A stretch of 64,000 bases of DNA from Candidatus Aminicenantes bacterium (lineage in GTDB: Bacteria; Acidobacteriota; Aminicenantia; Aminicenantales; Saccharicenantaceae). The stretch covers positions 1,606 to 65,605 of the forward strand of contig JADGNU010000001.1 in the NCBI GenBank assembly GCA_017883305.1, read 5' to 3'. The notes under the pieces are model-generated. The model saw only the letters and a list, made by a program, of their open reading frames with translations. It had not been told where the DNA came from and did no database searches. Both the position numbers and the translations under genes were made by a program. This document shows, in pieces, positions 1 through 9,617 of the stretch (its first letter is position 1; the number at the start of each line of letters is the position of its first letter).

Positions 1-1551
1 GCCGGCTACAACGTCGACAGCACCGTCCTCGACGAGCTCAAGAGGAATTCGCCCGCCCGCGAAGACGTGACCCCCGAGACGCTCTCGGCGGCGTACGCCC
101 GCATTTCACGCGATCCGCGCCCGGTCGACGAGCTGCGGGCGTCGGCCCGGGCCGAAGTCGAAAGGACCCGGAGGTCCAACCAGTCCATCATCTTCAAGAT
201 GGGGCACCACTCCGTGGCCGAGCACGCCGTCTTCAATTTCGATGTCATCGGGGTCAGCCGGCTGGCCATCGAGGAGATCGAGCGGTTCCGGCTGATGTCC
301 TTCACCGAGAAATCGCAGCGGTACATCATGCTCGGCCAGGACTTCGTCATCCCGGAGGAGGTCCGGCGGGCGGGCCTGGAGCGGATCTTTGTCGGGACCG
401 TCAAGGCCCAGAACGCCCTGTACCATCGGCTTTACGCGCGTCTCAAGCCCTTCGTCTTCGCCAAGCATGCCGAGGCCGCGGCCGAACCCAAGAACCACGC
501 CGTTCTCGAGGGCTGGGCCAAAGAGGACGCCCGATACATCGTCAGCCTGGCTACCGAAGGCCAGCTCGGCCTGACGGCCAACGCCCGCAGCCTCGAGCTC
601 CTGCTCCGCCGCTTTGCCGCCAAGGGCCTGGCCGAGGTAAGGGCGCTCAATGCCCGGCTCTATGAGCTGGCCAAGGCGGTCGCTCCATCCATCATCCTCT
701 TCACCGACCCGAGCCCTTTCGACGCCGAGACTTACGCAGACCTGGCCTCGGCCGCCGCCGGATGGACTTCACGAGCGGGGAGAGCCCCAAAGAGGGGAAG
801 CGTTCCCAGAGCGGTCGCGCTGGCCGAAGCCCCCGTGGACGGGGACACCCGGCTACGCCGGCGCGTTCAACGAAGCGTCGTTTTAGCCGAAGCCCCCGCT
901 GACGGGGACACGAGGGTCATCGCCGCCCTGCTCCATTCGGTCACACGTCTCTCGTACAAGGAATGCCTCGCCCGGGCCGGAAAGGCCAAGCCGGCGGCTC
1001 GGGAAGACATCGTCCGCCGGGCCCTCGGGCGCATGGAGTTCTACGACTTTCCGCCGCGCGAATTCGAGCATGCGGATCTCGCCTATGACCTCGTCCTGTC
1101 CGCCTCGTGCTTCGCCCAGCTCAAGCGTCATCGGATGGCCACGCTGACCTGGCAGCGGTACGACCCCGCCCTGGGCGTGACCGTCCCTCCCTCGATCATC
1201 GAAGCCGGGGCCGAGAAGGAATTCCTGGCCGTCATCGACCGGACGAACGAAACGCACGCCCGGCTCGAAGGGCACATCGGCCCGGCCGCCGATTACGTCC
1301 TGACCAATGCCCACAGGCGCCGGGCCCTCCTCAAGGTCAATGTCCGCGAGCTCTACCACATCTCGCGCCTGCGCCAGGACGCCACGGCCCAATGGGAGAT
1401 CCGGAGGATCGCGGCGGAGATGTCCCGACTGGCCGGCAAGGTCATGCCCCTTTCGTGTCTTCTGCTCGGTGGCAAGGACGCGTATCCCGGCGTCTACGCC
1501 TCGGTCTTCGGCCGGCCGCCGAAGATGGCCCCGCCCGGGATCTTTAGATAG
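1..1551 (+). CDS. thyX: Tandem two-domain ThyX-like protein (Thy1 / flavin-dependent thymidylate synthase family); 5' end lies upstream of window
   Basis: Frame is open from nt 1 (no stop before ORF-track Met at 67). Half 1 has HHSVAEHAVFNF, RFR-x7-S (ERFRLMSFTEKSQRY) and NARSLELL; half 2 has RHR-x7 (KRHRMATLTWQRY) and NAHRRRALL..HISRLRQDATAQWEIRR; both match ThyX signature regions. Confidence 0.6.
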   Translation, partial: AGYNVDSTVLDELKRNSPAREDVTPETLSAAYARISRDPRPVDELRASARAEVERTRRSNQSIIFKMGHHSVAEHAVFNFDVIGVSRLAIEEIERFRLMSFTEKSQRYIMLGQDFVIPEEVRRAGLERIFVGTVKAQNALYHRLYARLKPFVFAKHAEAAAEPKNHAVLEGWAKEDARYIVSLATEGQLGLTANARSLELLLRRFAAKGLAEVRALNARLYELAKAVAPSIILFTDPSPFDAETYADLASAAAGWTSRAGRAPKRGSVPRAVALAEAPVDGDTRLRRRVQRSVVLAEAPADGDTRVIAALLHSVTRLSYKECLARAGKAKPAAREDIVRRALGRMEFYDFPPREFEHADLAYDLVLSASCFAQLKRHRMATLTWQRYDPALGVTVPPSIIEAGAEKEFLAVIDRTNETHARLEGHIGPAADYVLTNAHRRRALLKVNVRELYHISRLRQDATAQWEIRRIAAEMSRLAGKVMPLSCLLLGGKDAYPGVYASVFGRPPKMAPPGIFR

Positions 1552-2653
1552 GCGCCAGGTCCGGCTTCCGGCGGACGGCCAACAACGCCGCTGCGAACGT
1601 CACGGCCGCCCCCACGCCCCTCACAGCGTCGACCGGGGATACGCCATGCCAGACGAGGCCCCGGGCGACATCGACCGCGTGGAAGGACAGCACCCCGGCG
1701 AACGAAACGGCCAGGTAGGCCGCGAGTCCGATCCCGGCCCACCACAGGAACCGATGCGAGCCCGGCTTTCGCGTCGCTCTTATAAAGAGGATGAAGAGTC
1801 CGAGGGACCCTGCGGCCATCGCGGCCATGATAGTCTTCTGGAACGGCCGCCGCAGCTCGTAGACGCCTTGCTGTTCCGCCAATCGCCGGCCCCAAGCGGT
1901 TACGTGGCCGGCGATCCCGGAGATCTCCACGGCCGCCCCGAGGGCCAGCAGCGCGGCGAACACGAGCCAGATCGTCCGTTCTCCCGCCTCTCCGGGAAGC
2001 GCGGCCGCCTTCGACCGGCCTCCGGCCTTGACCGCGGCGAGCGCCGCCGCGAGAAGGAGAGCGCCGAGGACGGGATGGACCCAAACCGAGGGACGGCCCC
2101 GCGGCCGGACGGGTCTCGCCGTCTTCCTGGCCGATTCCGCGGCGGTCGGGTAGCGATAGACCGGCGTCTTCCGGAGAGCGGCGACAGCCGCCGGCGCGCC
2201 CTCCCGGACGACCGGAATATATTTCGTTGTGGCGGCCCGCGTCCCGTCCTGCCACTTGCCCGTCGGGCTCAGATAGACGAGGGCGAAGGCATAGGCCATG
2301 TCCTCGTGCTCGGGTACCGTGAAAACGAAGGTGTAGGTTTTCCCGGCCACCGCGGGCTGCGGCGGTCCCGAGGAGGCGAGATGTCCCCAGCCCTTCCTCT
2401 CGGCGTTGGCGTGATGGAGCGTGCAGTCGATCTCGCCGGGTCGGGCCGACTTCACGAGCCTGACCCGGAATTCGATCGGACGGCCGACGACGGCGGTTTC
2501 CGGCCCTTCGATCATGAGCCAGCCCGGCCGGTCTTCCGTGAGATCGAGCACGACCCAGGTGGCGGCGTAGACCAGAACCAGCGCGGCGGCCGCGGCAACG
2601 ATCAGCCGGCGTCGGTAACGGTCGTTCGGCATGCGAGCCTCGCGCGGCCGCAT
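1544..2653 (-). CDS. Hypothetical polytopic membrane protein (N-terminal TM, ~130-aa exported domain, 4-5 C-terminal TM helices); 4 nt downstream of purN, likely co-transcribed. Alternative start 2632 (MPNDRYRR)
   Basis: 369-aa ORF with hydrophobic segments LIVAAAAALVLVYAATWVV, LGALLLAAALAAV, IWLVFAALLALGAAV, IMAAMAAGSLGLFILFI, WWAGIGLAAYLAVSFAGVL; no recognisable family motif. Confidence 0.45.
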   Translation of the reverse strand: MRPREARMPNDRYRRRLIVAAAAALVLVYAATWVVLDLTEDRPGWLMIEGPETAVVGRPIEFRVRLVKSARPGEIDCTLHHANAERKGWGHLASSGPPQPAVAGKTYTFVFTVPEHEDMAYAFALVYLSPTGKWQDGTRAATTKYIPVVREGAPAAVAALRKTPVYRYPTAAESARKTARPVRPRGRPSVWVHPVLGALLLAAALAAVKAGGRSKAAALPGEAGERTIWLVFAALLALGAAVEISGIAGHVTAWGRRLAEQQGVYELRRPFQKTIMAAMAAGSLGLFILFIRATRKPGSHRFLWWAGIGLAAYLAVSFAGVLSFHAVDVARGLVWHGVSPVDAVRGVGAAVTFAAALLAVRRKPDLAPI

Positions 2654-2657
2654 CGTC

Positions 2658-3305
2658 TCACGCGCCGTGTTCGAGGATGAAGACGCGCCGTCCCCGGACC
2701 TCGATCCGCCCGTCGAAATAGAGGCCGCCGGCCTGGGGATAGATCTTGTGCTCCTCGACGAGGATGCGGGCCGCCAGCGTCTCCTCGGTGTCGTCCTGAA
2801 GCACTGGGACGACGGCCTGGAGGATGATCGGGCCCATGTCGACCTCGGCGGCGACGAAGTGGACCGTGCAGCCGGAGAACCTGACGCCCCAGTCGATGGC
2901 CCTCTGCTGGACGTGGAGGCCGGGGAAGGAGGGCAGGAGCGCCGGGTGGATGTTGACGATGCGGTACTTCAAAGCGTCGCACAGCGCGGGCGTCAGGACC
3001 CTCATGTAGCCGGCGAGGCAGACGAGATCGATGCGTCGGCTCTCGACCTCGCCGATGACGGCCCGGTCGTAGTCCTCGCGCGAAGCGAAGAGCTTGGGAT
3101 CGAGGAAGAGCGTCTCGAGGCCCCACTCGCGGGCCCTGAGGAGACCCGGGGCGTCGGCCTTGTTGCTCAGGACGAGGGCGATTTCCGCGCTGATATCGCC
3201 CCGCTCGACAGCCTCGCGGAGGGCCATGAAGTTCGAGCCCCGGCCGGATAAGAAGACGGCGATGCGCCCTTTCTTTCGCGGACTGCGGAAGACGACCTCT
3301 TCCAT
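2658..3305 (-). CDS. purN: Phosphoribosylglycinamide formyltransferase (PurN)
   Basis: 215 aa; N-terminal GRIAVFLSGRGSNFMAL and HPALLPSFPG formyltransferase motifs. Confidence 0.9.
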   Translation of the reverse strand: MEEVVFRSPRKKGRIAVFLSGRGSNFMALREAVERGDISAEIALVLSNKADAPGLLRAREWGLETLFLDPKLFASREDYDRAVIGEVESRRIDLVCLAGYMRVLTPALCDALKYRIVNIHPALLPSFPGLHVQQRAIDWGVRFSGCTVHFVAAEVDMGPIILQAVVPVLQDDTEETLAARILVEEHKIYPQAGGLYFDGRIEVRGRRVFILEHGA

Positions 3306-3313
3306 GATCCCCC

Positions 3314-5524
3314 CTAGGTCCGGACTTTAAAAAAGGCCGGCAGACTGTCTTTCCAAGCGTGGAAGGCCTCGTCGACCGGAACATGAAGGATCTCACGTCC
3401 CGAGCGCCTGACCAGGATCGCGGTCCCGCCCGTGCGCCCGATCGCCTTGGCCGGAACGCCGGCCGCCACGGCTCCCTTGAGCAGTCCCGCGACGTTCGCC
3501 CGGCGGCACGTTACGACGATGCGGGACTGGGATTCCCCGAAGAGGAGGGCGTCGTCGCGTCCGGCGTCGTCGAGGTCGATCGCGCAGCCGACCTGGCCTT
3601 GGCCGTGGAAGGCGCACTCGGCCAGAGCCACGGCCAGCCCGCCCTCGGAGAGATCGTGGGCCGAGCGGATGAGCCCGGCTTCGATCGAGTCGAGCAGGAA
3701 TTCCTGGTTGAGCTTCTCCTGCTCGAGGTCGATCGCCGGCGGGGCGCCCGCCTCGAGACCGTGGAAGGTCTTGAGGTATTCGGTGCCGCCCAGCTCCTCC
3801 AGGCTCTCGCCGATGAGGACGACCGTGTCCCCGGCCGCCCGGAATCCGGGCCGGACCGCCTTGCGGATGTCCTTGATGATGCCCACGATCCCCAGGACGG
3901 GAGTGGGGTGGATGGACAGCCCTTCGGTGTCGTTGTAGAAGCTGACGTTGCCGCCCGTGACCGGGATGGCGAACGTCCGGCAGGCCTCGGCGATGCCGGT
4001 GACCGCCTGTTCGAACTGGCCCATGACCTCGGGCTTTTCGGGATTGCCGAAGTTCAGGCAATTGGTGACGCCGATCGGCCGGGCGCCGACGCAGGCGAGA
4101 TTCCGGCAGGCCTCGGCCACGGCGATCCGAGCCCCCGTCCGCGGATCGAGACGGGTGTAGAGTCCGTTGCCGTCCAGGGTCATGGCCAGGGCTTTCTTCG
4201 AGCCCTTGATCCTGAGCACGGCGGCGTCGGCGCCGGGCAGGAAGACCGTGTTCACCTGGACCATGTGGTCATATTGACGGAAGACCCATTGCTTATCGGC
4301 GATCGTCGGCGAGGCCAGGATCTTCAGAAAGACATCGCCGAGGTCGGCGGGCAGGGGCAGGACATCGAGGTCCGGCGCCGGCGGGGGAGGGGCGGGGGCG
4401 ACGATCGGCCGGTTGTAGGCCGGGCAGAGGTTGACGACGGCGTCGACCGGGACGTCGACGACGACCTCGCCCTTGAAGGAGATGCGGGCCCGGCCGCCTT
4501 CGATAACTTCGCCGATGACCGGCGCGTCGAGGTCCCACTTGGCGAAGATGGCCTGGACCGCGGCGACCTTTTCCGGCGCGGCCACGAGGAGCATGCGCTC
4601 CTGGGATTCCGAAAGAAGGATCTCGTACGGGGTCATGCCGATCTCGCGTTGCGGGACCTTGTCGAGGTCGACGACGATGCCCATGCCGCCCTTGGCGGCC
4701 ATCTCCATCGTCGAGCAGGTCAGGCCGGCCGCGCCCATGTCCTGGATGCCGACAATGATGCCCCGGTCCATGACCTCGAGACAGGCCTCGACGAGGAGCT
4801 TCTCCCTGAAGGGGTCGCCGACCTGGACGTTGGGCCGCTTGTGCTCGGTCTCTTTGCCGAATTCGGCCGAGGCCATGGTCGCGCCGTGGATGCCGTCGCG
4901 TCCCGTCTTGGCCCCGACGTAGAGGACCTTGTTGCCCGCGCCCTCGGCCTTGGCGTAGAAGATCTTGTCCTTGTCGGCGAGTCCAAGGCAGAAGACGTTG
5001 ACCAGGGGATTGAGGGCGTAGCAGGGATCGAAATAAACCTCGCCGCCGACGGTCGGGACGCCGATCGAATTGCCGTAGCCGGCGATCCCGGAGACGACGC
5101 CCTCCATGACCGAACGGTTCTTCGGGTCGTCGGGGGGACCGAAGCGCAGCGAGTCCAGCACCGCGATCGGCCGGGCGCCCATGGTGAAAATGTCGCGGAG
5201 GATGCCGCCGACGCCCGTGGCCGCCCCTTGATAGGGCTCGATATAGGAGGGGTGATTGTGCGATTCGATCTTGAAGACGACGACTTGGCCGTCGCCGATG
5301 TCCAGGATCCCGGCGTTCTCGCCCGGCCCTTGGACGACACGGCTCCCTTCGGTGGGGAGCTTTTTGAGGTGGACGCGCGAGCTCTTGTAGCCGCAGTGCT
5401 CGGACCACATGACCGAGAAGATGCCCAGCTCGGTCAGGTTGGGCTCCTTGCCGATGAGCTCGACGATGAGCCGGTATTCGTCTTCGGTGAGGTTGTGCTG
5501 ATCGAGGAGGGCCTTGTCAATCAT
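3314..5524 (-). CDS. purL: Phosphoribosylformylglycinamidine synthase subunit PurL (FGAM synthase II)
   Basis: 736 aa; typical PurL N-terminus ([11 protein letters not shown]) and duplicated AIR-synthase-related domains. Confidence 0.95.
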   Translation of the reverse strand: MIDKALLDQHNLTEDEYRLIVELIGKEPNLTELGIFSVMWSEHCGYKSSRVHLKKLPTEGSRVVQGPGENAGILDIGDGQVVVFKIESHNHPSYIEPYQGAATGVGGILRDIFTMGARPIAVLDSLRFGPPDDPKNRSVMEGVVSGIAGYGNSIGVPTVGGEVYFDPCYALNPLVNVFCLGLADKDKIFYAKAEGAGNKVLYVGAKTGRDGIHGATMASAEFGKETEHKRPNVQVGDPFREKLLVEACLEVMDRGIIVGIQDMGAAGLTCSTMEMAAKGGMGIVVDLDKVPQREIGMTPYEILLSESQERMLLVAAPEKVAAVQAIFAKWDLDAPVIGEVIEGGRARISFKGEVVVDVPVDAVVNLCPAYNRPIVAPAPPPPAPDLDVLPLPADLGDVFLKILASPTIADKQWVFRQYDHMVQVNTVFLPGADAAVLRIKGSKKALAMTLDGNGLYTRLDPRTGARIAVAEACRNLACVGARPIGVTNCLNFGNPEKPEVMGQFEQAVTGIAEACRTFAIPVTGGNVSFYNDTEGLSIHPTPVLGIVGIIKDIRKAVRPGFRAAGDTVVLIGESLEELGGTEYLKTFHGLEAGAPPAIDLEQEKLNQEFLLDSIEAGLIRSAHDLSEGGLAVALAECAFHGQGQVGCAIDLDDAGRDDALLFGESQSRIVVTCRRANVAGLLKGAVAAGVPAKAIGRTGGTAILVRRSGREILHVPVDEAFHAWKDSLPAFFKVRT

Positions 5525-6257
5525 GGCGGGCCGCTTTCCCGGCGGCCGGCCGGCGGGCCGGCTTGCGCCGTTCGAGGCTGAGGATGAGGGATTCGAAGAT
5601 CGTCCGGCCGTCCTCGCTTCCCAGCAAGGCCTCCGAGGCCCGCTCCGGGTGGGGCATCAGCCCGAGGACGTTGCCTTCGGTGTTCCGGATGCCGGCGATG
5701 TTGCCCATGGAGCCATTGACGTTGGCCTCCGCGGTGACCGTCCCGTCGGCCTCGCAGTAGCGGAAGACGACCTGCCCGTTCCGCTCGATGTCCCGCAACG
5801 TGCGGGCCGGGGCGTAGTAGTTGCCGTCGAAGTGGGCGATGGGGATGCGCAGGACCTGACCCTTCCGGGCCGCCCGGGTGAAATCGGTCTTGGCGTCCTC
5901 GACCCGGATGTGGACGTGCTGGCAGAGGAACTTGAGGTCCTTGTTCCGGAGCATGGCCCCGGGGAGAAGGCCGAGCTCGAGCAGGACCTGGAAGCCGTTG
6001 CAGATGCCCAGGACGCGCCCGCCCCCGCGGGCGAAGGTCCGGACCTCCTGCATGAGAGGGGAGAAGCGGGCGATGGCGCCCACCCGCAGGTAGTCGCCGT
6101 AGGCGAACCCGCCCGGAAGGACGACGCAGTCGACGCCCTGGAGGTCGTGGTCCTTGTGCCAGAGCATGACGGTCGGCCGCTTCATCACGTTGCGCAGGGC
6201 GTGAAACGCGTCGAAATCGCAGTTGGAGCCGGGAAATTGGACGACGCCGAACTTCAT
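5517..6257 (-). CDS. purQ: Phosphoribosylformylglycinamidine synthase glutaminase subunit PurQ
   Basis: 246 aa; class I GATase with GICNGFQ active-site Cys and [14 protein letters not shown]. Confidence 0.95.
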   Translation of the reverse strand: MKFGVVQFPGSNCDFDAFHALRNVMKRPTVMLWHKDHDLQGVDCVVLPGGFAYGDYLRVGAIARFSPLMQEVRTFARGGGRVLGICNGFQVLLELGLLPGAMLRNKDLKFLCQHVHIRVEDAKTDFTRAARKGQVLRIPIAHFDGNYYAPARTLRDIERNGQVVFRYCEADGTVTAEANVNGSMGNIAGIRNTEGNVLGLMPHPERASEALLGSEDGRTIFESLILSLERRKPARRPAAGKAARHD

Positions 6258-6267
6258 GGCCGTGACC

Positions 6268-6516
6268 TCAGCGGACCTTGAGGATTTCCCAGTCGAACTT
6301 CTCGATGATCGGGTTGGCCAGGACGCGGTGGGCGATCTCGGGGACCAGGGCCTCGGCCTCTTTACGGGTCACTCCTTCGAGATCGAGATCGAAGACCTTC
6401 CCCTGCCGGACGTTCATGACCGCGTCGTAGCCCATCGTGTGGAGGGCGTTGGTCACCGTCTGCCCCTGCGGGTCGAGGACGCTGTCCTTGAAGGAGACGA
6501 GGATCCTAACTTTCAT
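6268..6516 (-). CDS. purS: FGAM synthase subunit PurS (start taken at internal Met [18 protein letters not shown]; ORF-track start 6534)
   Basis: ~82 aa; aligns to PurS N-terminus (MYKVKVYVSLKESVLDPQG in B. subtilis from memory). Confidence 0.8.
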   Translation of the reverse strand: MKVRILVSFKDSVLDPQGQTVTNALHTMGYDAVMNVRQGKVFDLDLEGVTRKEAEALVPEIAHRVLANPIIEKFDWEILKVR

Positions 6517-7807
6517 GGCGGAAAACCCTTTCAAAGATGTAATCGATCTTGCCGAGATACGGGGCCAGGGAGAAGCAGCGGTCGATGTCCTTGGGCCCGA
6601 GGACCCGGGTGACGTCCGGATCGGCGGCGATGAGGGCGCGAAAATCGAGGCCCTCGTTCCAGGCCTTGAGGCTGTTGCGCTGGACGATCTGATAGGCCTC
6701 CTCGCGCACGAGGCCCTTCGTCGTCAGCGCCAGCAGGACGCTTTGCGAGAAGATGAGGCCGCGGGCCGCGTCGATGTTCGCTCTCATGCGGTCCGGATGG
6801 ACGACCCAGTGCCCGATGATGTCCGCGGCTTCGGCCAACAGGAAATCGGTCACGATGAACGAGTCCGGGAAGACGATCCGCTCGGCCGACGAATGGGAGA
6901 TGTCGCGCTCGTGCCAGAGAACGACGTTCTCCAGGCCGACCCCGGCGTTGGCCCGGACGAGGCGGGCCAGGCCCGCGATCCGTTCGGCGCGGACCGGGTT
7001 CTTCTTGTGGGGCATGGACGACGAGCCCTTCTGCCCCGCGGTAAAGGGCTCTTCAAGCTCGTGGACCTCGGTCCGCTGGAGATGGCGGATCTCGACGGCG
7101 ATCTTTTCGATGGACGTCGCCAGCAGGGCCAGGGTGGAGAGGACCTCGGCGTGACGGTCCCTTTGGAGGACCTGATTCGAGACCTTGGCCGGCTGGAGCT
7201 TGAGTTTTTTGAGGGCCATGACCTCGACCCGCGGGTCGAGGTGGATGAACGTGCCGACCGAGCCCGAGATCCGGCCGACCGAGATCGTCCGCAGCGCGTT
7301 CTCCAACCGGCCGATATGGCGGCCGATCTCCTCGTACCAGACGAGGATCTTGAAGCCGAAGGTGACCGGCTCGGCGTGGATGCCGTGGGTGCGGCCGATG
7401 CAGACGGTCCTGCGGTGCTTCAGCGCCTGCCGCTTGAGCAGCCGGTGGAACGCCCGGAGGTCGGCGAGCAGGTTCTCGAGCGACTCCTTGATAAGGAGCG
7501 ACAGGGCCGTGTCGACCACGTCGTAGGAGGTGAGACCGAGGTGGATGTGGCGCGATTCGGGGCCGACCTTCTCGGCGACCGAGGTCAGGAAGGCGACGAT
7601 GTCGTGCTTGACGACCTTCTCGATGGCGTCGATGCGGTCGACGGAGAAATCCGCCTTCGCCCGGATCGTCCGCAGGGCGGACGGGGGGATCTTGCCCAGG
7701 CGGGACCAGGCCTCGCAGACGGCCAGCTCGACGTCCAGCCACTTGCGGTACTTGTTCTCCTCGGTCCAGATGGCGCCCATGGCGGGGCGGGTGTAGCGTT
7801 CGATCAT
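6506..7807 (-). CDS. purB: Adenylosuccinate lyase (PurB)
   Basis: 433 aa; fumarate-lyase signature GSSSMPHKKNP; positioned as first gene of pur operon. Confidence 0.9.
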   Translation of the reverse strand: MIERYTRPAMGAIWTEENKYRKWLDVELAVCEAWSRLGKIPPSALRTIRAKADFSVDRIDAIEKVVKHDIVAFLTSVAEKVGPESRHIHLGLTSYDVVDTALSLLIKESLENLLADLRAFHRLLKRQALKHRRTVCIGRTHGIHAEPVTFGFKILVWYEEIGRHIGRLENALRTISVGRISGSVGTFIHLDPRVEVMALKKLKLQPAKVSNQVLQRDRHAEVLSTLALLATSIEKIAVEIRHLQRTEVHELEEPFTAGQKGSSSMPHKKNPVRAERIAGLARLVRANAGVGLENVVLWHERDISHSSAERIVFPDSFIVTDFLLAEAADIIGHWVVHPDRMRANIDAARGLIFSQSVLLALTTKGLVREEAYQIVQRNSLKAWNEGLDFRALIAADPDVTRVLGPKDIDRCFSLAPYLGKIDYIFERVFRHES

Positions 7808-7838
7808 TGGCGTCTCGGCCTTTCGTGTGGAGAGGTCG

Positions 7839-7868
7839 ATGATAGCAGTACGGCGCCGGACTTGTCAA
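7839..7868 (-). promoter_or_regulatory. Candidate sigma70 promoter of purB operon: TTGACA (7863-7868) -N18- TATCAT (7839-7844), ~30 nt upstream of purB ATG
   Basis: Reverse-complement reading gives TTGACAagtccggcgccgtactgcTATCAT. Confidence 0.4.
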
Positions 7869-7944
7869 CGAAACGGAGGCCCGCCGGCCCGCCAGCTCCG
7901 CCCGGAGGGCCCGGCGGGGCCCGGACGCCTCTAAAAAGAACCCC

Positions 7945-7973
7945 TTGACAAGCCTGTGGATTTCCTCTAGCAT
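7945..7973 (+). promoter_or_regulatory. Candidate sigma70 promoter for tRNA-rpmG-secE-nusG-rplKAJL transcription: TTGACA (7945-7950) -N17- TAGCAT (7968-7973), preceded by AT-rich UP-like ctaaaaagaa
   Basis: ccccTTGACAagcctgtggatttcctcTAGCATaacc in the intergenic region between purB and the tRNA block. Confidence 0.35.
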
Positions 7974-8005
7974 AACCGGTGGTCGTTCTGTATATTTCAG
8001 ATTAA

Positions 8006-8067
8006 ATCTCTGAAAAAAAGAACACATTCGAGCTCGAGGAGAGAAGGTTTTTCTTTTTTTCATCTCT
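8006..8067. repeat. Nested palindrome in tRNA-operon leader: 6-bp direct repeats ATCTCT flank a perfect 11-bp inverted repeat GAAAAAAAGAA / TTCTTTTTTTC, whose 28-nt spacer holds the palindrome TCGAGCTCGA
   Basis: Read directly: DR 8006-8011 and 8062-8067; IR arms 8012-8022 and 8051-8061; then U-rich tctttttctgtatttc. Confidence 0.5.
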
Positions 8068-8123
8068 TTTTCTGTATTTCCCCCGGATTAGAGCAGATTA
8101 GCGGCGAGACAGGTTGAGGGCAC

Positions 8124-8196
8124 GCCAGCGTAGCTCAGCAGGTAGAGCGGCTGATTTGTAATCAGCGGGTCAGGGGTTCGAATCCCTTCGCTGGCT
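8124..8196 (+). tRNA. tRNA-Thr (anticodon TGT)
   Basis: Acceptor gccagcg/cgctggc, anticodon loop tttgtaa, T-loop ttcgaat, 73 nt, CCA not encoded. Confidence 0.9.
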
Positions 8197-8236
8197 TAGA
8201 CTGGCGATCGAGGGCGAGGACGATGCATCATAGGAC

Positions 8237-8319
8237 GGGCAGGTTCCAGAGTGGCCAAATGGGACGGGCTGTAAACCCGTTGCGGAAACGCTTCGGAGGT
8301 TCGAATCCTTCCCTGCCCA
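8237..8319 (+). tRNA. tRNA-Tyr (anticodon GTA), long variable arm
   Basis: Acceptor gggcagg/cctgccc, anticodon loop ctgtaaa, variable arm ~13 nt, T-loop ttcgaat; resembles E. coli tRNA-Tyr. Confidence 0.9.
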
Positions 8320-8329
8320 TTTTCGCCTC

Positions 8330-8403
<74 letters not shown>

Positions 8404-8421
8404 CTTTTTCGAGGTTGCCAG

Positions 8422-8494
8422 GCCCAAGTAGCTCAGTTGGTAGAGCACGTCCTTGGTAAGGACGGGGTCACCAGTTCAATTCTGGTCTTGGGCT
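8422..8494 (+). tRNA. tRNA-Thr (anticodon GGT)
   Basis: Acceptor gcccaag/cttgggc, anticodon stem cgtcc/ggacg with loop ttggtaa, T-loop ttcaatt, 73 nt. Confidence 0.9.
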
Positions 8495-8540
8495 TTTTCC
8501 TGATTTTAGAGCAGGCCCGCCGGGGCCGGGAAGGACCGAC

Positions 8541-8690
8541 ATGCGAGAGATCATCACGCTCCAGTGCGGCGAGTGCAAGCGGCGCAATTACAGCACGACC
8601 CGGAACAAGAAGAAGCAGACGGACAAGCTCGAGACGAGCAAGTATTGCCGCTTCTGCCGCAAGCACACGCCCCACAAGGAAACCAAATAG
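8541..8690 (+). CDS. rpmG: 50S ribosomal protein L33, zinc-ribbon (C+) form
   Basis: 49 aa [49 protein letters not shown]; not in ORF track (<60 aa); CxxC..CxxC. Confidence 0.85.
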   Translation: MREIITLQCGECKRRNYSTTRNKKKQTDKLETSKYCRFCRKHTPHKETK

Positions 8691-8702
8691 CGAGGAGACG
8701 AC

Positions 8703-8778
<76 letters not shown>

Positions 8779-8847
8779 GAACATTTTCCGGGGAGGGCGG
8801 CCGAGGGCCTGAAGGCCCGGCCGCGGACGACGGAAAGAGAGAACGCC

Positions 8848-9060
8848 ATGAGCGACAAGGTCCGCTGGTACAAACGGTTCTGGAACTTCCTCAAGGACGT
8901 CCGGGCCGAGCTCAAGAAGGTCACCTGGCCCGCCAAGAACGAGGTCGTCAGCACGACGGTCGTCGTCATCGCCGCCACGATCTTCTTCGGCTTCTACCTG
9001 TTCTTCATGGACGTCATCTTCGCCTGGGTCATCACCCAGATCAAGTCCCTCTTCGGTTAA
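8848..9060 (+). CDS. secE: Preprotein translocase subunit SecE (short single-TM form)
   Basis: 70 aa from internal Met MSDKVRWYKRFWNFLKDVRAELKKVTWP..; RBS ggaaagagagaa upstream; ORF-track start 8749 is an upstream in-frame extension. Confidence 0.85.
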   Translation: MSDKVRWYKRFWNFLKDVRAELKKVTWPAKNEVVSTTVVVIAATIFFGFYLFFMDVIFAWVITQIKSLFG

Positions 9061-9077
9061 GCGCAAGGAATCGGACG

Positions 9078-9608
9078 ATGGCAAAGAACTGGTTTGTCGT
9101 TCACACCTATTCGGGCTTCGAGAAGTTCGTCGCCGAGTCGATCAAGCAAAAGGCGATCGAACTGCACCTCGAAGACCAGGTCGGGCAGATCATCATCCCG
9201 ACCGAGGACGTCATCGAGATCCGGGGCGGCAAGAAGGTCGTTTCCACGAAGCGGTCGTACCCCGGCTACATCCTCGTCGAGATGGAGATGAACGACGAGA
9301 ACTGGCTGATGATCCGGCAGGTCCCGAAGGTCACGGGCTTCGTCGGCTCCGGCCGGACCCCGACCCCCCTCAGCAAGAAGGAGGTCGGCCAGATCGTCGA
9401 GCACATGGAGACGACCTCGGAGAAACCCAAGCCCAAGCACTCGTTCGAGAAGGGCGAGGCGGTCCGCATCATCGACGGGCCGTTCTTCAACTTCAACGGG
9501 ATCGTCGAAGAGGTCCACCCCGAGCGGAGCACGCTCAAGGTCCTGGTCACCATCTTCGGCCGGTCGACCCCCGTCGAGCTCGAGTTCCTGCAGGTCGAGA
9601 AGCTTTAG
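9078..9608 (+). CDS. nusG: Transcription termination/antitermination factor NusG
   Basis: 176 aa MAKNWFVVHTYSGFEKFV..; NGN + KOW (KGEAVRIIDGPFFNFNGIVEEV). Confidence 0.9.
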   Translation: MAKNWFVVHTYSGFEKFVAESIKQKAIELHLEDQVGQIIIPTEDVIEIRGGKKVVSTKRSYPGYILVEMEMNDENWLMIRQVPKVTGFVGSGRTPTPLSKKEVGQIVEHMETTSEKPKPKHSFEKGEAVRIIDGPFFNFNGIVEEVHPERSTLKVLVTIFGRSTPVELEFLQVEKL

Positions 9609-9617
9609 GAGGACGAG

